A stretch of DNA of 64,000 nucleotides from a virus (IMGVR_UViG_3300020429_000539:424052-488051); one strand, 5' to 3'. Numbered from the stretch's first letter, positions 1-10,965 are shown. The notes: generated by a model not told the origin, from the sequence alone. Numbers and translations: made by a program.

Positions 1-1
1 T

Positions 2-100
2 GGAGGAAGGCAAAGACCTACGATTATCAGGCAAGCCAAAGCTATCCATGCCAATAGGAAAGCAAATAATATACTGCCAAAAGGAATCAAACAACTATGA
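2..100 (+). CDS. 3' end of an upstream CDS (partial)
   Basis: Open frame GGRQRPTIIRQAKAIHANRKANNILPKGIKQL* ending in an ATGA overlap with the 97 start, like other junctions in this cluster. Confidence 0.55.
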   Translation, partial: GGRQRPTIIRQAKAIHANRKANNILPKGIKQL

Positions 101-1116
101 GCGTTTCGCTACAAAAAAGTCATCCTATACAGGGGCTTGTAGGTCTAAAGCCTAATGGACAGGTTGTAGATATTTACAACATTTACTGCATTCGCAAGAA
201 TGCAACAGGTATTCGTTATCAGCCTAATTACAATCTACTTCCTAGGACTCGTCGCCAACCAATTAAATACTTCACAATGTATTCAACACCCAAGATGTAT
301 AAGTGTGATTTTGCAAAGCAGAACTCAGATTTCTGGTGCCATCCATTCCGTAGCGATGTCAAAAGCAAATATCTTCCAAAAAAGATGCGTCAGTTTTTGA
401 TGTCTGAGTCGGATTTTATCGACGAAACTATTATTCCTGTTAACAAACGCAACATCAAACGACCTAAGAAATACGATTTCTTCTACATGACGCTCAACAA
501 CAAAAAAGGTTTCACTTACAAAGGCCTCAATGAGTTTGTGGATGCTGTCAAGGTTCTTTGTCTTGAGCAAGGATTACGTGGTCAAGTTCTGCCATATTTT
601 CCAAATAAGATTGAGCATTGGCAGGTTGATTTTACGCAAGAACAGCGGCAGATTCTTAAAGAAGCAGACCCTTTCTTGAAGTACCATTGGGGTTGGAAGA
701 CTTCTGCTTTCTTGAACCGCATGATGAGCGGATGCCATTTCGGTTTCTTCCCGAACGTCATGGACTGTAGTCCTCGCATCATAACCGAATGTTTGTCTCG
801 CGATGTTCCTATTCTTGTAAACAAGAACATTTGGGGTGGGTGGAAATATGTAGAAGAAACAACAGGCCGAGAGTTTGACCCTCAAGACCCCCAAACTTTG
901 AGGGAGGCTTCAGATTTCATTGTCAATAATCAGCGAACATTCTCGCCGAAGGCGACATATATGTCTCGTTACGGGTTCGAAAAGTCATCTCGTCGCTTGG
1001 CAAAATACATCAATCGCGATATCAAGAACACAGGATGCACGCATATCTATTTTAGTGGATATCGTGTTATCCTGGAACGTTTGCATCAGTCAATCCTGCG
1101 AGGCGAGCATCTGTGA
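97..1116 (+). CDS. GT-B (GT4-like) glycosyltransferase
   Basis: C-terminal FFPNVMDCSPRIITECLSRDVPILVN resembles the GT4 nucleotide-sugar-binding motif. Confidence 0.65.
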   Translation: MSVSLQKSHPIQGLVGLKPNGQVVDIYNIYCIRKNATGIRYQPNYNLLPRTRRQPIKYFTMYSTPKMYKCDFAKQNSDFWCHPFRSDVKSKYLPKKMRQFLMSESDFIDETIIPVNKRNIKRPKKYDFFYMTLNNKKGFTYKGLNEFVDAVKVLCLEQGLRGQVLPYFPNKIEHWQVDFTQEQRQILKEADPFLKYHWGWKTSAFLNRMMSGCHFGFFPNVMDCSPRIITECLSRDVPILVNKNIWGGWKYVEETTGREFDPQDPQTLREASDFIVNNQRTFSPKATYMSRYGFEKSSRRLAKYINRDIKNTGCTHIYFSGYRVILERLHQSILRGEHL

Positions 1117-1883
1117 TTAGTGTAGTAGTTCCTTTATATAACTATGCCCACTATATAGAAGCCAACATTAGGAGCGTTCTTTCTCAGACGCATACCGATT
1201 GGGAGTTGGTCATCGTGGATGATGCGAGCAAAGATGACCCTGCTCGTGTAGTTATGCCATACGTTAGCAATCATGAGAATATCTATTTCTATCAGTTGCA
1301 AAAGAATAAAGGCTATTCTCACGCGAAGAACTATGCGATAGAGCGAGCAAGGGGCGATTACATTACGACTATTGATGCTGATGATCTCTTAACTCCTGAT
1401 TCCCTTAAAAACCGCTTAGCTGCACTGGAAGCCAATCCTCATGCCGACTGGGTTCATGGCCGTGCGATGGTCTTCTCAGATAACCCAAAGAATGCTAAAC
1501 CTGAAAAGATGCTCTACAAGAGATGGCGAGATGTATCGGCGAAGGGCCAACGAGACATGATGTATAAGGCTATTCATGCTCAGACAGTTATGGTCCGCCG
1601 AAGGTTCTATGAAAACTTTGGGTTGTATGATGAAAAAATGCGGTTCTCTGCTGACCGAGAGATGTGGTTGAGGGCCATAAATCAAAATAGTATACCAGTT
1701 TATGCCGATGGTTATATATGCTTTTATAGGACACACAAGAAGCAAATGCATCGCTCAAAGTACAAGGCGGAGAACTTGGCAAAGATACAAAAATACGCCA
1801 AGAAGATATCAGCTATTAGAGCGAATGGAATCAACGAATCAAATACTAGGATGCTGAAGCATGAGGATAATCGACCCAAATGA
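1113..1883 (+). CDS. GT2 glycosyltransferase
   Basis: ISVVVPLYN...IVDDASKD...TIDADD. Confidence 0.92.
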   Translation: MISVVVPLYNYAHYIEANIRSVLSQTHTDWELVIVDDASKDDPARVVMPYVSNHENIYFYQLQKNKGYSHAKNYAIERARGDYITTIDADDLLTPDSLKNRLAALEANPHADWVHGRAMVFSDNPKNAKPEKMLYKRWRDVSAKGQRDMMYKAIHAQTVMVRRRFYENFGLYDEKMRFSADREMWLRAINQNSIPVYADGYICFYRTHKKQMHRSKYKAENLAKIQKYAKKISAIRANGINESNTRMLKHEDNRPK

Positions 1884-2571
1884 GTTTCGTTCATGTAAAA
1901 GTAGCGATACCATCTACATCCTAGGTTCTGGTTCTTCAATCAATGCCATCTCTCCGAGTCAGTGGGACGCTATTGGGTCTGCTGACTCGATTGCTTTTAA
2001 CTGGTTCTGTAAACACGATTCTTTCGAGCCTCGCTTCTACATTGTTCGAGAGCAGGCTAACATACCCAAGCGGATATCAAGAGATGAAACGCCTGAGATA
2101 CTTTTCAAGCGGCTTAACCGTTACAGCGAATGTTGCTTTATTGTTCATGATGTCTCAAATCATTCGCCTCATGCCTACCCCTATAATGCAAATCTAGACA
2201 GAATTGAAGGCAAGGGGGTCGTCGTCCATGACAGACAGAAAGGTTCTTTTGAAGATGATATCTTTAAGCAAGGAGTGTATCATGGAGCAATAACGCTTAA
2301 CAACGTACTGCATATTGTTCAGTATCTTGGATATAAGAAGGTCGTGTTTGCGGGTATAGATTTGAACAACTCAAAATACTTCTGGCTAGATGATTCTCCT
2401 CGTCATACTATTGTGAAGAAGGGAATAAAGGTCTTGGACCGGCATCCTGTAAGCAAGAAGACAATAGAGGCTGTACGAAAGTTTGATGAGCGCAATCCGT
2501 CGATAAAGGTGGTAAGCGCAAGCAAGAGTTCTTTACTGAATAAAGTGATTCCCTATGAGCAAATACGTTGA
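1861..2571 (+). CDS. Maf/DUF115 (MptE-like) fold protein, possible ulosonic acid transferase
   Basis: IYILGSGSSIN...IAFN...LGYKKVVFAGID. Confidence 0.6.
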   Translation: MRIIDPNEFRSCKSSDTIYILGSGSSINAISPSQWDAIGSADSIAFNWFCKHDSFEPRFYIVREQANIPKRISRDETPEILFKRLNRYSECCFIVHDVSNHSPHAYPYNANLDRIEGKGVVVHDRQKGSFEDDIFKQGVYHGAITLNNVLHIVQYLGYKKVVFAGIDLNNSKYFWLDDSPRHTIVKKGIKVLDRHPVSKKTIEAVRKFDERNPSIKVVSASKSSLLNKVIPYEQIR

Positions 2572-3187
2572 GTTTGAAGCATTTATCATAACAAACGGAC
2601 GCAAAACCTTTGACACGGCATTGCAATGTTTGCATAACCAAAGTTTGCCGCTCAAAGTTACGCAACTTGAGAACATGGTGTGGCATGAAGCGCTTAATCT
2701 CATCAATAAGCAGGTAGAGTCGCCTTTTTATTTTCGTGTAGATGATGATTTCTTCTTGCATCCTCGTGCCGTGGAGTATATGGCAAAGCAGATGGCTCGT
2801 TGCAATCATAGCAAGACAGCAGCCTATATCTGTCATCTTTATGAACCTGCCGAGCGGATGCCGGTGCGAGGCATTAAGCTTTACAACACTAAGATTGCTA
2901 GAGAGGTTGGCTTTCGACCTAATGAGCTTGGTAAGATTGATAAAAACTTTCGCAAAGACATAACTCGTAGGGGTTATAAGTTTGCCATGGATAAGAGTGT
3001 TGTAGGTATCCATGCTAACTCTGACCTCGAAGACGAAAAGAAGTATCGAGACCTCTGGAAGAGTATCGCACCAAAGCATAACCGTAAACTTGTAGTGGGT
3101 GACGAACCTATTTCAGAGCAGTACGAAATGCTGAAGACTATGCTACCAAAACTGAATAAAAGAACAGGATTTAGGAAGTACGTATGA
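2555..3187 (+). CDS. GT-A fold glycosyltransferase
   Basis: YFRVDDDFFLHP DxD motif; cluster context. Confidence 0.6.
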   Translation: MSKYVEFEAFIITNGRKTFDTALQCLHNQSLPLKVTQLENMVWHEALNLINKQVESPFYFRVDDDFFLHPRAVEYMAKQMARCNHSKTAAYICHLYEPAERMPVRGIKLYNTKIAREVGFRPNELGKIDKNFRKDITRRGYKFAMDKSVVGIHANSDLEDEKKYRDLWKSIAPKHNRKLVVGDEPISEQYEMLKTMLPKLNKRTGFRKYV

Positions 3188-4095
3188 GAGTATGGATTGA
3201 TAACAAGAGGGGCAAGCTGCGAGGCGCAAGTATTTTCATGACGCAGCTTGAAAAGGGGCTAACTGACCTTGGTTGTACGATTACGAATCGCAGACCCAAT
3301 ATCGCTCTTTGCCCTGTTTATGGAAAAAACCCTCATCAGTGTAAGACCGTATATCGCATTGACGGCATGTATTACGATACCGAACGCGATAAAATGAACA
3401 AGGGTATCAAGAAGAACATTCAGTTTGGTGATGGAATTGTGTTCCAAAGTAACTTCTCGAAAGAGATGTGTACTCGCATGCTCAAGTGTCAGGCAAGGCA
3501 GAGTGCGGTCATAGCAAACGGTATGGACCAATCGGTATTTGCGGGCATGAAGAAGGACTATAGCGGCGAGTTGGTGTTTGTCTCGGCGGCTCATTGGCGA
3601 CCGAATAAGCGACCAGGCACTATTGCTCATGCTTTTCTGGAATCAGGACTGGATAATGCTCGCCTCGTGTTTATTGGCGATGTTGAGCCTCGCAAGCAAG
3701 TCAAGCATGCCAAAATACAGTATGCAGGAACAAAGAATCGTAAGGACATCATTGAGCTTTACAAGCAGGCTCATTATATGATTCATATATGCCACATAGA
3801 TTCCTGCCCTAACTCGGTCGTTGAAGGACTGAGTGCTGGCTTGCCTGTCGTTTGCAATAACATCGGTGGCACGCCAGAACTAGTGGGTTCGAGCGGTATT
3901 ATCGCGAATATCGAGCCCAAGTTTGACTTCCGATTTTTGCGAAATATGAAGCAGATACCAAAAGTCAATAGGGCCGAACTCGCAAAACAGATACGCGAAC
4001 TTACGAATATCAAAGAACCTGTTCGTCGTCCTGACCTTGATATCTCTCATACAGCGAAACAATACAAGGCTTTCTTTGAAAGGGTTCTTGCGTGA
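3184..4095 (+). CDS. GT4 glycosyltransferase
   Basis: DSCPNSVVEGLSAGLPVVCNNIGGTPELV. Confidence 0.9.
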   Translation: MRVWIDNKRGKLRGASIFMTQLEKGLTDLGCTITNRRPNIALCPVYGKNPHQCKTVYRIDGMYYDTERDKMNKGIKKNIQFGDGIVFQSNFSKEMCTRMLKCQARQSAVIANGMDQSVFAGMKKDYSGELVFVSAAHWRPNKRPGTIAHAFLESGLDNARLVFIGDVEPRKQVKHAKIQYAGTKNRKDIIELYKQAHYMIHICHIDSCPNSVVEGLSAGLPVVCNNIGGTPELVGSSGIIANIEPKFDFRFLRNMKQIPKVNRAELAKQIRELTNIKEPVRRPDLDISHTAKQYKAFFERVLA

Positions 4096-4949
4096 AGGTT
4101 TTAGCGGTCATTGATAAAAAGCACAGAGTTCAGCATGCTCGCATCAATGTACTGCAAAATATGACGGGTATTGATTTCTTGTTGCAGACAGTCAAAGGCG
4201 ACCGCAAACAGGCTCAGAAAATGGCCGACAATGCTGATGCCGTGTATTATGCCAGCGCTGGTCTTTACTGGACCTTCCCTCTTAAGCACAAGCGTCTTTT
4301 GGGCTCGGTGACGAGCCATAAGGATGTTCCAAAACTACAAAATCTTCACAAGATATCTGTCAACAACAAGTTCTTGCTTGAGCGATATCAGTCTTTGCAT
4401 TCAGATGTCAGTTATATACCCAATGGTGTTGATACTAAGTTCTTTTCGTGCGAAGACAAGCAGCTATCAAGTCCTATTGTGATTGGTTGGTGCGGTAACA
4501 TGGACCGTGCTGTCAAGAACTTTGATGTTGTCAAGAAATTGATGGCGAGCAAGATTGACGGCATCCGATTCGAGATCGCGGGCACGCTAAAGCGCCACAC
4601 GGCCAAAGAGTTGCTAACCAGGGAACAAATGGTCAAGTTCTATGGCAAACTTCACTATTTTCTGGTCACTAGCACGGCTGAGGGGACTCCAAACCCGGCG
4701 CTCGAAGCGGCGTCATGTGGTGTCCCTTTGATCGCAACGAGAGTAGGGAATATGCCAGATATCGTGTCTGAGGGTACGGGCTTCTTCGTTGAAAGTAATG
4801 AAAACAGCATAGGTAAAATGCTCAAGCAGTTGAAGAGTATAGATGCTAGCCGATATTCGGAGATGCGTCAAAATATTCGAGGTCTTATGCGAGAGAACTG
4901 GGATTGGTCTCATCGCCAAGACTCTTGGCAGTCTTTTTTCTCGTCATGA
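4092..4949 (+). CDS. GT4 glycosyltransferase
   Basis: IPNGVD...STAEGTPNPALEAASCGVPLIATRVGN; GTG start overlapping upstream stop. Confidence 0.9.
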   Translation: MKVLAVIDKKHRVQHARINVLQNMTGIDFLLQTVKGDRKQAQKMADNADAVYYASAGLYWTFPLKHKRLLGSVTSHKDVPKLQNLHKISVNNKFLLERYQSLHSDVSYIPNGVDTKFFSCEDKQLSSPIVIGWCGNMDRAVKNFDVVKKLMASKIDGIRFEIAGTLKRHTAKELLTREQMVKFYGKLHYFLVTSTAEGTPNPALEAASCGVPLIATRVGNMPDIVSEGTGFFVESNENSIGKMLKQLKSIDASRYSEMRQNIRGLMRENWDWSHRQDSWQSFFSS

Positions 4950-5767
4950 AAGATGTATATGTAACATGCTGTTTTGCAGAAGGCAAAGATAAGAAATCTC
5001 AAGAGGCAAACTATTGGTTGCTAACGAGAACTTGTATTGCTTCGTTATTGCATACCGGCTTTTCAGCAGAAAAAGTTATCTGTGTGTGCGAGAACAAAGA
5101 GCATGCTCGCCAGTTGAATAGACAGTTCGGCATACAAGGCATCCACGGTCCTCCTATTCCTGACAAATATGCAGATAGTATATCTATCTCAAGAGGACGA
5201 AAGCTCTTCTTCTATAAGCCTATCAGCTATTATCGTGTTGTCAAAAATATGCTTCCTACAAAGAACGCAAACATCTGCATGACCGATGTAGATGCAATCT
5301 TTGTTCGCAATCCAGATGAATCGTTTGATAAGCATGGCGTATGGGCTCAAAGGAAATGGACCTATCTCAGGCCAAGTCGTGTCAGGACAATGCAGCAGCG
5401 GCACAAAATCCCCAAGCTTGACCATAGGCCATCTTTAGAAGGATACTTTGGGAGCAAGGTTCAAGCTGACCTGTTTCTTAGGTATAAGATGTCCCAACTG
5501 CCTCAGGCTCGTATCGTATCTGATTATGTATTATTTCCTGCTGAGCAATACGCTCAGATTATTGATACTTGGATGGATATGAGCAATTACATACTCACCA
5601 AGAAGAAGTCAATATGTAAGGGAGACCAGGAAATATTATCATCGGCTCTTGATTACAACGGTATTACGTTCAGAACCGAGCCAGATTTTCGATACACTAA
5701 ACAGTATGGTTGTGTGGGGAGTAAGAAGGCCATGCATAAGCATGCAAAAAACTATGGGCTGAAATGA
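4946..5767 (+). CDS. GT-A fold glycosyltransferase (GT8/GT77-like)
   Basis: MTDVDAIF and GDQEIL motifs; start moved to the ATGA overlap at 4946. Confidence 0.55.
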   Translation: MKDVYVTCCFAEGKDKKSQEANYWLLTRTCIASLLHTGFSAEKVICVCENKEHARQLNRQFGIQGIHGPPIPDKYADSISISRGRKLFFYKPISYYRVVKNMLPTKNANICMTDVDAIFVRNPDESFDKHGVWAQRKWTYLRPSRVRTMQQRHKIPKLDHRPSLEGYFGSKVQADLFLRYKMSQLPQARIVSDYVLFPAEQYAQIIDTWMDMSNYILTKKKSICKGDQEILSSALDYNGITFRTEPDFRYTKQYGCVGSKKAMHKHAKNYGLK

Positions 5768-6417
5768 TGTATTCAACGTGTGATTTCTCAAAACTCGACT
5801 CTATCGGCGTCATATGTAGAGGAGCCTCAATATCGAAGATATCGAAGGTCTCTGACCGTTTTGAGGCATGTTTTTTGGTGGGACAGTTCGAGAATGGTCT
5901 TCTTAAGATTGGCAATTATCTATGCAATAAGCATATCGTGCAGGTCATCAATAAATGTGCAATCCAGACTGACCGCAAGGTTTGCGAGCAATACCGCATC
6001 CGTGATATACAGTGCAATTTCGGAAGTTACTTCGGCGAAGAACTCAGCGAAGGAAAAACCGCGCTTTTCAAAAAGATTAGAAAGAAGAACCCCTGGGCAG
6101 AAGTCCATCTTGTGCCTGAAGGGTTGACTGCTCGTCGTCCGATGGATAAATGGGAGACGACTGGTATTTATGCTGTAGATTTGGCGTGTTTCTTTCAGCC
6201 CAAAGAGATTCATGTCATTGGTCTAGATTTCTATGAGAGCGATTATTTTGCGAAAGAGAAGCTTCATGCTGGCATCAAAGCAAATCGAGCAAGAGGTCGG
6301 GCTATGAGGGAGCAGTTCATGAAGCTTGTCGATAGGGACAGGAACATTCACTTCAATGTTGTCACGCATTCTCGCCACCTAAAGTCAGGAGAAAATCTAA
6401 GTGTCAGAGTTATTTGA
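5764..6417 (+). CDS. Maf/sialyltransferase-like fold protein
   Basis: GVICRGAS...TTGIYAV...KEIHVIGLDFYESDY, a GT29/GT42-like pattern. Confidence 0.55.
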   Translation: MMYSTCDFSKLDSIGVICRGASISKISKVSDRFEACFLVGQFENGLLKIGNYLCNKHIVQVINKCAIQTDRKVCEQYRIRDIQCNFGSYFGEELSEGKTALFKKIRKKNPWAEVHLVPEGLTARRPMDKWETTGIYAVDLACFFQPKEIHVIGLDFYESDYFAKEKLHAGIKANRARGRAMREQFMKLVDRDRNIHFNVVTHSRHLKSGENLSVRVI

Positions 6418-7057
6418 TTTGAGAACAGAATATCCGGTGGCGTTTGATTCGCCTGACCATCTTGAACCTTTGGGGACGAAGAACGACAACTCTAAGAACC
6501 CAAAGTTTGTGCAGCAGTGTGAGAAGCTACTTCGGCAGCGAGGGAAGGACAAGGGTCTCATCCTTGACATCGGTTGTGCGGGTGGAGGTTGTATCGAGGA
6601 TTTCTGTGCGGCTCACCATGATGCTTGGGGTATTGAAGGCTCCGATTACTCAAAGAGGCTTAGGAGAGCCGCTTGGGGTAGTATCCCTGACCGTCTTCAT
6701 ACCTGCGACGCATCCCGCCCCTTTGAGATATTGCGCAACGGCGAGACTTTGTTGTTTGATATCATCTATTCGTTTGAGGTTATGGAACATATACCGCCTG
6801 ACAGGCTTTATATCTACTTCGAGAATATACACAAGCATCTTGCAGATGACGGTGTATTCATCGGCTCATTTACCTGCACAAAGAGCAATAAACATCCTGA
6901 CCATCATCAGAGCGTTATGTCTAAGCGACAGTGGCACGAGTTTATCAATGGCTTGGGACTGTTCAATATTATTGACTTGAAATGGAAAAGCGGCCACTAT
7001 CTTCGTCATAGCGCTCTCAAGAAGAACTGTATCCCCGTTGCTATGGAGAAGAAATGA
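6401..7057 (+). CDS. Class I SAM-dependent methyltransferase
   Basis: ILDIGCAGG, FDIIYSFEVMEHI. Confidence 0.85.
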   Translation: MSELFDLRTEYPVAFDSPDHLEPLGTKNDNSKNPKFVQQCEKLLRQRGKDKGLILDIGCAGGGCIEDFCAAHHDAWGIEGSDYSKRLRRAAWGSIPDRLHTCDASRPFEILRNGETLLFDIIYSFEVMEHIPPDRLYIYFENIHKHLADDGVFIGSFTCTKSNKHPDHHQSVMSKRQWHEFINGLGLFNIIDLKWKSGHYLRHSALKKNCIPVAMEKK

Positions 7058-7815
7058 GCTACGCAGAAAAGCTACAAAACTGCTTCAAAGACAAGCGGGT
7101 TGTTCTTATGGCGAACTCTCCATCGATGGAGTACTGGGTCGAGAGGCGAGATATCTTCAAAGACAAGGACTATAAGTTTGCCTGTAATAACTGGTGGATG
7201 CCAATTGAGAATGATCTTCTCAAGCCCGTAGGCCAATCATTTGACCTCATCGTTCTGGGCGAACATCGCGCATATCATGAAGCAAACTTAGAGTTCGTGA
7301 AAAGACCTGGTTCTTTATTATTTGTTACTAGTCCAAGTCCAGAGTTGGCTAAGAAACAGTCTAAGTATCGCCCTATGGTAAATAGGCTAAATAGATATTA
7401 TAAAGGTACTAATGCTATGTTCACAGAGCTAGAACTTGTCAAGAGATTTACCAAGTTTCAGCCAAACAGGCCTTTGATGTACCCAAATCTTGATACGATA
7501 CAAGTTCTAACAATCATGGCAACGCTGGGTCGAGCAAAGGATATCTTCATTCTTGGCGCAGATGGCGGCGTCACACCTGAGTTTGCTAAGTATTCAAAAG
7601 GCAAATGTCATTATAAGTGCGAATGCAGCGCCAAGCGTAACTATGTAAAGAGCGTCAAGTGTTATGATGGGCTGACCAAGAGTATTATACAAGATGCAAA
7701 AAAGGCATTTCGTATTCCATCTATACCAACTTATATAGTTGGTTCTCAGAGCAACTACAACTTCTGTGATAAGATGGATAAAGACCACGCAGAAAAAGTG
7801 CTTAGAGATGGATAA
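7054..7815 (+). CDS. Maf/DUF115-like protein
   Basis: KRVVLMANSPS...ACNN...AKDIFILGADG. Confidence 0.45.
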   Translation: MSYAEKLQNCFKDKRVVLMANSPSMEYWVERRDIFKDKDYKFACNNWWMPIENDLLKPVGQSFDLIVLGEHRAYHEANLEFVKRPGSLLFVTSPSPELAKKQSKYRPMVNRLNRYYKGTNAMFTELELVKRFTKFQPNRPLMYPNLDTIQVLTIMATLGRAKDIFILGADGGVTPEFAKYSKGKCHYKCECSAKRNYVKSVKCYDGLTKSIIQDAKKAFRIPSIPTYIVGSQSNYNFCDKMDKDHAEKVLRDG

Positions 7816-8503
7816 TATGGATTTTACTACTATTGTGGATTTTGATGGTCGCAAGTTTACGATGCATCTGGTCAATGACACAGATGGCAAGCGAGCTAGA
7901 CCTATTGATTCTATAAGCAAGACTATTTGGAAAACAAAAGCCTTCTATTCGCAGAATGAACTTCGGCGATCTTTGGACCTTGGCTGGGTCCACAAGGACT
8001 CGGTTGTTCTTGACTGCGGAGCCAATATTGGAAACCACTCTGTTTTCTGGGGCGCTCACTGTAAAGAAGTTCATGCGTTTGAACCCTTTCCCGAAGCATT
8101 CAAGATATTGAAGCAGAATGTTAGGGACAATAATGTTCCTGTTATATGTTACAACAAACTGCTCAGGCATAGCTCTGGTAAGTGCAGCTTGCAAAAGGCT
8201 GCGGGCTACTATGGGTCGAATCGTTTTGTAAATGACCCCCAGGGTAAATACGAGGCAGTAACGCTTGATGAGGTGCTTGACGAAAGTATCAAGCCAACAT
8301 TCATGAAGATAGATGTAGAAGGCGATGAGTACCGGCTACTGAAAGGGGCGGAACGTATAATAAGAGACCATCATCCCATTATTTTTGTAGAAGTTCATTG
8401 CTCGATACAGAACAATCTTGATGACTTGATTCTAAGCTATCTGACCGAGTTTGGCTATGAGCTTGACAAAGACCTTATTATGAAAGTGAAAAATAAGTCA
8501 TGA
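7808..8503 (+). CDS. FkbM family methyltransferase
   Basis: LDCGANIGNHS, HAFEP, MKIDVEGDE; start moved to MDNMDF. Confidence 0.9.
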   Translation: MDNMDFTTIVDFDGRKFTMHLVNDTDGKRARPIDSISKTIWKTKAFYSQNELRRSLDLGWVHKDSVVLDCGANIGNHSVFWGAHCKEVHAFEPFPEAFKILKQNVRDNNVPVICYNKLLRHSSGKCSLQKAAGYYGSNRFVNDPQGKYEAVTLDEVLDESIKPTFMKIDVEGDEYRLLKGAERIIRDHHPIIFVEVHCSIQNNLDDLILSYLTEFGYELDKDLIMKVKNKS

Positions 8504-9552
8504 AGCGTCGAGCTATGGTAGAACCTGAAATTCGTGACCATTGTCCAGAATCGTACAATGCCTTGATTGACGTTTGTCATGGCAATGGTATCAAGGTTGA
8601 TCTTTTGCGTGTCCGTAAAGTTATCAAAAAGAAGCGCATACAATATAAGAAGTATCCTGTCTATGATCTGGATAAGCTTCGTCAAGTTGAGTTTGCTGCT
8701 GTGTTTAGTCCATACGCAACGAGTCATAAGATTCGACAGCAATGTAAAGACTATCATAAGCCGCTACTTCATATGGAACATGGCTTTTTGCCTTCTTCAT
8801 TGCTCTGTGACATTACAGGTTTTTGGGGAGACTCGTATCTCGTCAATACTATCAGTCAAGAGTTGGATAAACTGGATCACGCTAAGGCGATTGCTTGGGC
8901 TGATGAGTATTCAAGCTACCTGATAGAAAACAATATCAGCAAACGAAGTCAACCAGAATCAGTTGTCAATATTGAGGGAGACTTCGTATTTTTGCCTATG
9001 CAGTATATGCAAGACCAGAGCATTTTGAGGTTTACCAAGACAAAGTATGTCGATTTTGTCAATGAGGTTGCTCAGTTTTGTGCAGACCGTTCGATAACTC
9101 TCGCCATCAAAAAGCACCCACATGCTTACAAAAAAGAACCTAAAGAAGTAGATGCTTTGTTCAAGGCTATGAGAAGGCGATATGGCGATATCTTTCAGCC
9201 GGTAGACGGCTCGGTGCATCAATTGTGTAGAGATTGCTTATTCATGTCTGGCATGAATACTGGTTCGATTGTTGATGGCTGTATTAACGGGTCAGTTATA
9301 TCCCATTGCGGTCAGTCTTTGTTTATGAATAGTGGTGCGGTTTGTCATGATGACAACGTGGGCAAGGGCCTATCCAAGGCTCTTGACGTAGCAAGAGATG
9401 AAGAAGCAAGGACGCAAATGAACCGGAGACAAAAGCTACTGCTGTATTTCCTCTACAATAGGTATTTGCTTCTAGAAAACGACACTCACAAGAGCGAACT
9501 AAGTAATGAAGAGAAAATTGCTTTTCAGCTTAGTAAGAAAGGACTCGTATGA
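8500..9552 (+). CDS. KpsS/KpsC-like (beta-Kdo transferase-like) capsular polysaccharide protein
   Basis: MEHGFLP, FLPMQYMQDQSI, IKKHP, NTGS (QxxxD and HP motifs). Confidence 0.65.
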   Translation: MKRRAMVEPEIRDHCPESYNALIDVCHGNGIKVDLLRVRKVIKKKRIQYKKYPVYDLDKLRQVEFAAVFSPYATSHKIRQQCKDYHKPLLHMEHGFLPSSLLCDITGFWGDSYLVNTISQELDKLDHAKAIAWADEYSSYLIENNISKRSQPESVVNIEGDFVFLPMQYMQDQSILRFTKTKYVDFVNEVAQFCADRSITLAIKKHPHAYKKEPKEVDALFKAMRRRYGDIFQPVDGSVHQLCRDCLFMSGMNTGSIVDGCINGSVISHCGQSLFMNSGAVCHDDNVGKGLSKALDVARDEEARTQMNRRQKLLLYFLYNRYLLLENDTHKSELSNEEKIAFQLSKKGLV

Positions 9553-10409
9553 TGTTTACTTTTGCAATGATATCTTGCAACCGCAAGCATTACATCAAGA
9601 ACTCAATAGACAGCGTTCTGAAGTTTGTTGATGTTGACCGTATAAAGATGATTGTCGTTGATAACGGTTCAGTTGAAGAGGGCTTAGACGAGTATCTAAA
9701 CTCTTTACCTGATTTTATAGAAGTAAAGAAGTTTGAAGACCGTTGCCCAAATGAGCTTCATCGTGCCATGAACTATGGCATAGAGTTTGCCAGGAAAAAC
9801 GGTAGCAAGTATATCAATTTTATACAAGATGATTACCAGTATATCCGTAGAGATAAGGATATGCTTAATAACGTTCATGTTGCGTTTGAAAAATGTAAAG
9901 ACGTAGTTCAGCTTCAAACTAACATGATTTGGAAGAAGAAGTTCCATAAAATAGGCGGCGTCGATGTTATCAAAGTTGGGAAGCACAAGTGGTTCAAGCT
10001 ACTCGACAAATCGCCATGCGACAATGGTTTTACTCGTGTTGACCTTTACGACCGTATCGGCCTCTATCCGGTTGGCGTAAGTATACATGGCAAGGAAAAG
10101 GGTTATGTGAGTGGCGAAGCCTGGTTTGCAAAGAAAACCAGAGGAACATATCGAATGTTATCTGCTTTTCCAAATATGTCTATGATCAAGAACTGTGCCT
10201 ATGTTAGAGGCGATAAGCGTCATGGAGATTATTTTCCGCCACCTAAAGAATTGTATCTTACTCCCTCAAGCGAGGAAGACGAAATGTGCATAGAAGCCCG
10301 TGGCAATGGCAATAGCTTTTGTTTTATTGAAGATATGACAAAGACATGGGGCTGGGAGCCAAAGACATCTGATAAACACAGTCAGTCAGATAAGGTAGAA
10401 AAAGTCTAA
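9549..10409 (+). CDS. GT2-like glycosyltransferase
   Basis: IVVDNGS, FIQDDY. Confidence 0.75.
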   Translation: MMFTFAMISCNRKHYIKNSIDSVLKFVDVDRIKMIVVDNGSVEEGLDEYLNSLPDFIEVKKFEDRCPNELHRAMNYGIEFARKNGSKYINFIQDDYQYIRRDKDMLNNVHVAFEKCKDVVQLQTNMIWKKKFHKIGGVDVIKVGKHKWFKLLDKSPCDNGFTRVDLYDRIGLYPVGVSIHGKEKGYVSGEAWFAKKTRGTYRMLSAFPNMSMIKNCAYVRGDKRHGDYFPPPKELYLTPSSEEDEMCIEARGNGNSFCFIEDMTKTWGWEPKTSDKHSQSDKVEKV

Positions 10410-10951
10410 TGTCATCAAAGATGGAACGAGATGGATTCAAACTCATAAAGACCAACAAAGTTGGTCCGCATGTATTATTGTGCCAATATGTTCCCCGCGT
10501 CTTTAGGCCCGAGCATTGGGAAGGAGCCGACCACCCTTATCTTAGAAACTCGCCTCATGTTCGTTTTGTTAAACAGATGTTGACCGATGATGGGCGCAAG
10601 CTTATGGATAGCGATTATGCAAACTGGCAGCGATATCTCTACGAGATTGGCTTTAGCACGGGAGAGTCAGCAGAACACGTTGCTCAACGTAAAGTAGATA
10701 AGTTCTCCAAGCTAGTTCGTATGATACAAAAAAATGGCTATGACCACACGAAGATTATCAATCTTCTTGATCGGCCAATGATGGAAACGCGATATGGACA
10801 ACCAGTCAAGGCTAAAGGTCTTGAGATATACAACGGCCATCACCGCGCAGCCTATGCCTATGCGGTAGGAATCAGCAAACTCAAATGTAATATACATCAA
10901 GATATGAAACCAGGAAGCAAGGAATCGCGACTTGACTTCCGTTTAACATAA
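10409..10951 (+). CDS. ParB/Srx-like domain protein
   Basis: LVRMIQKNGY...EIYNGHHRAAYA. Confidence 0.55.
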   Translation: MSSKMERDGFKLIKTNKVGPHVLLCQYVPRVFRPEHWEGADHPYLRNSPHVRFVKQMLTDDGRKLMDSDYANWQRYLYEIGFSTGESAEHVAQRKVDKFSKLVRMIQKNGYDHTKIINLLDRPMMETRYGQPVKAKGLEIYNGHHRAAYAYAVGISKLKCNIHQDMKPGSKESRLDFRLT

Positions 10952-10965
10952 ACTACGGAGTCGTC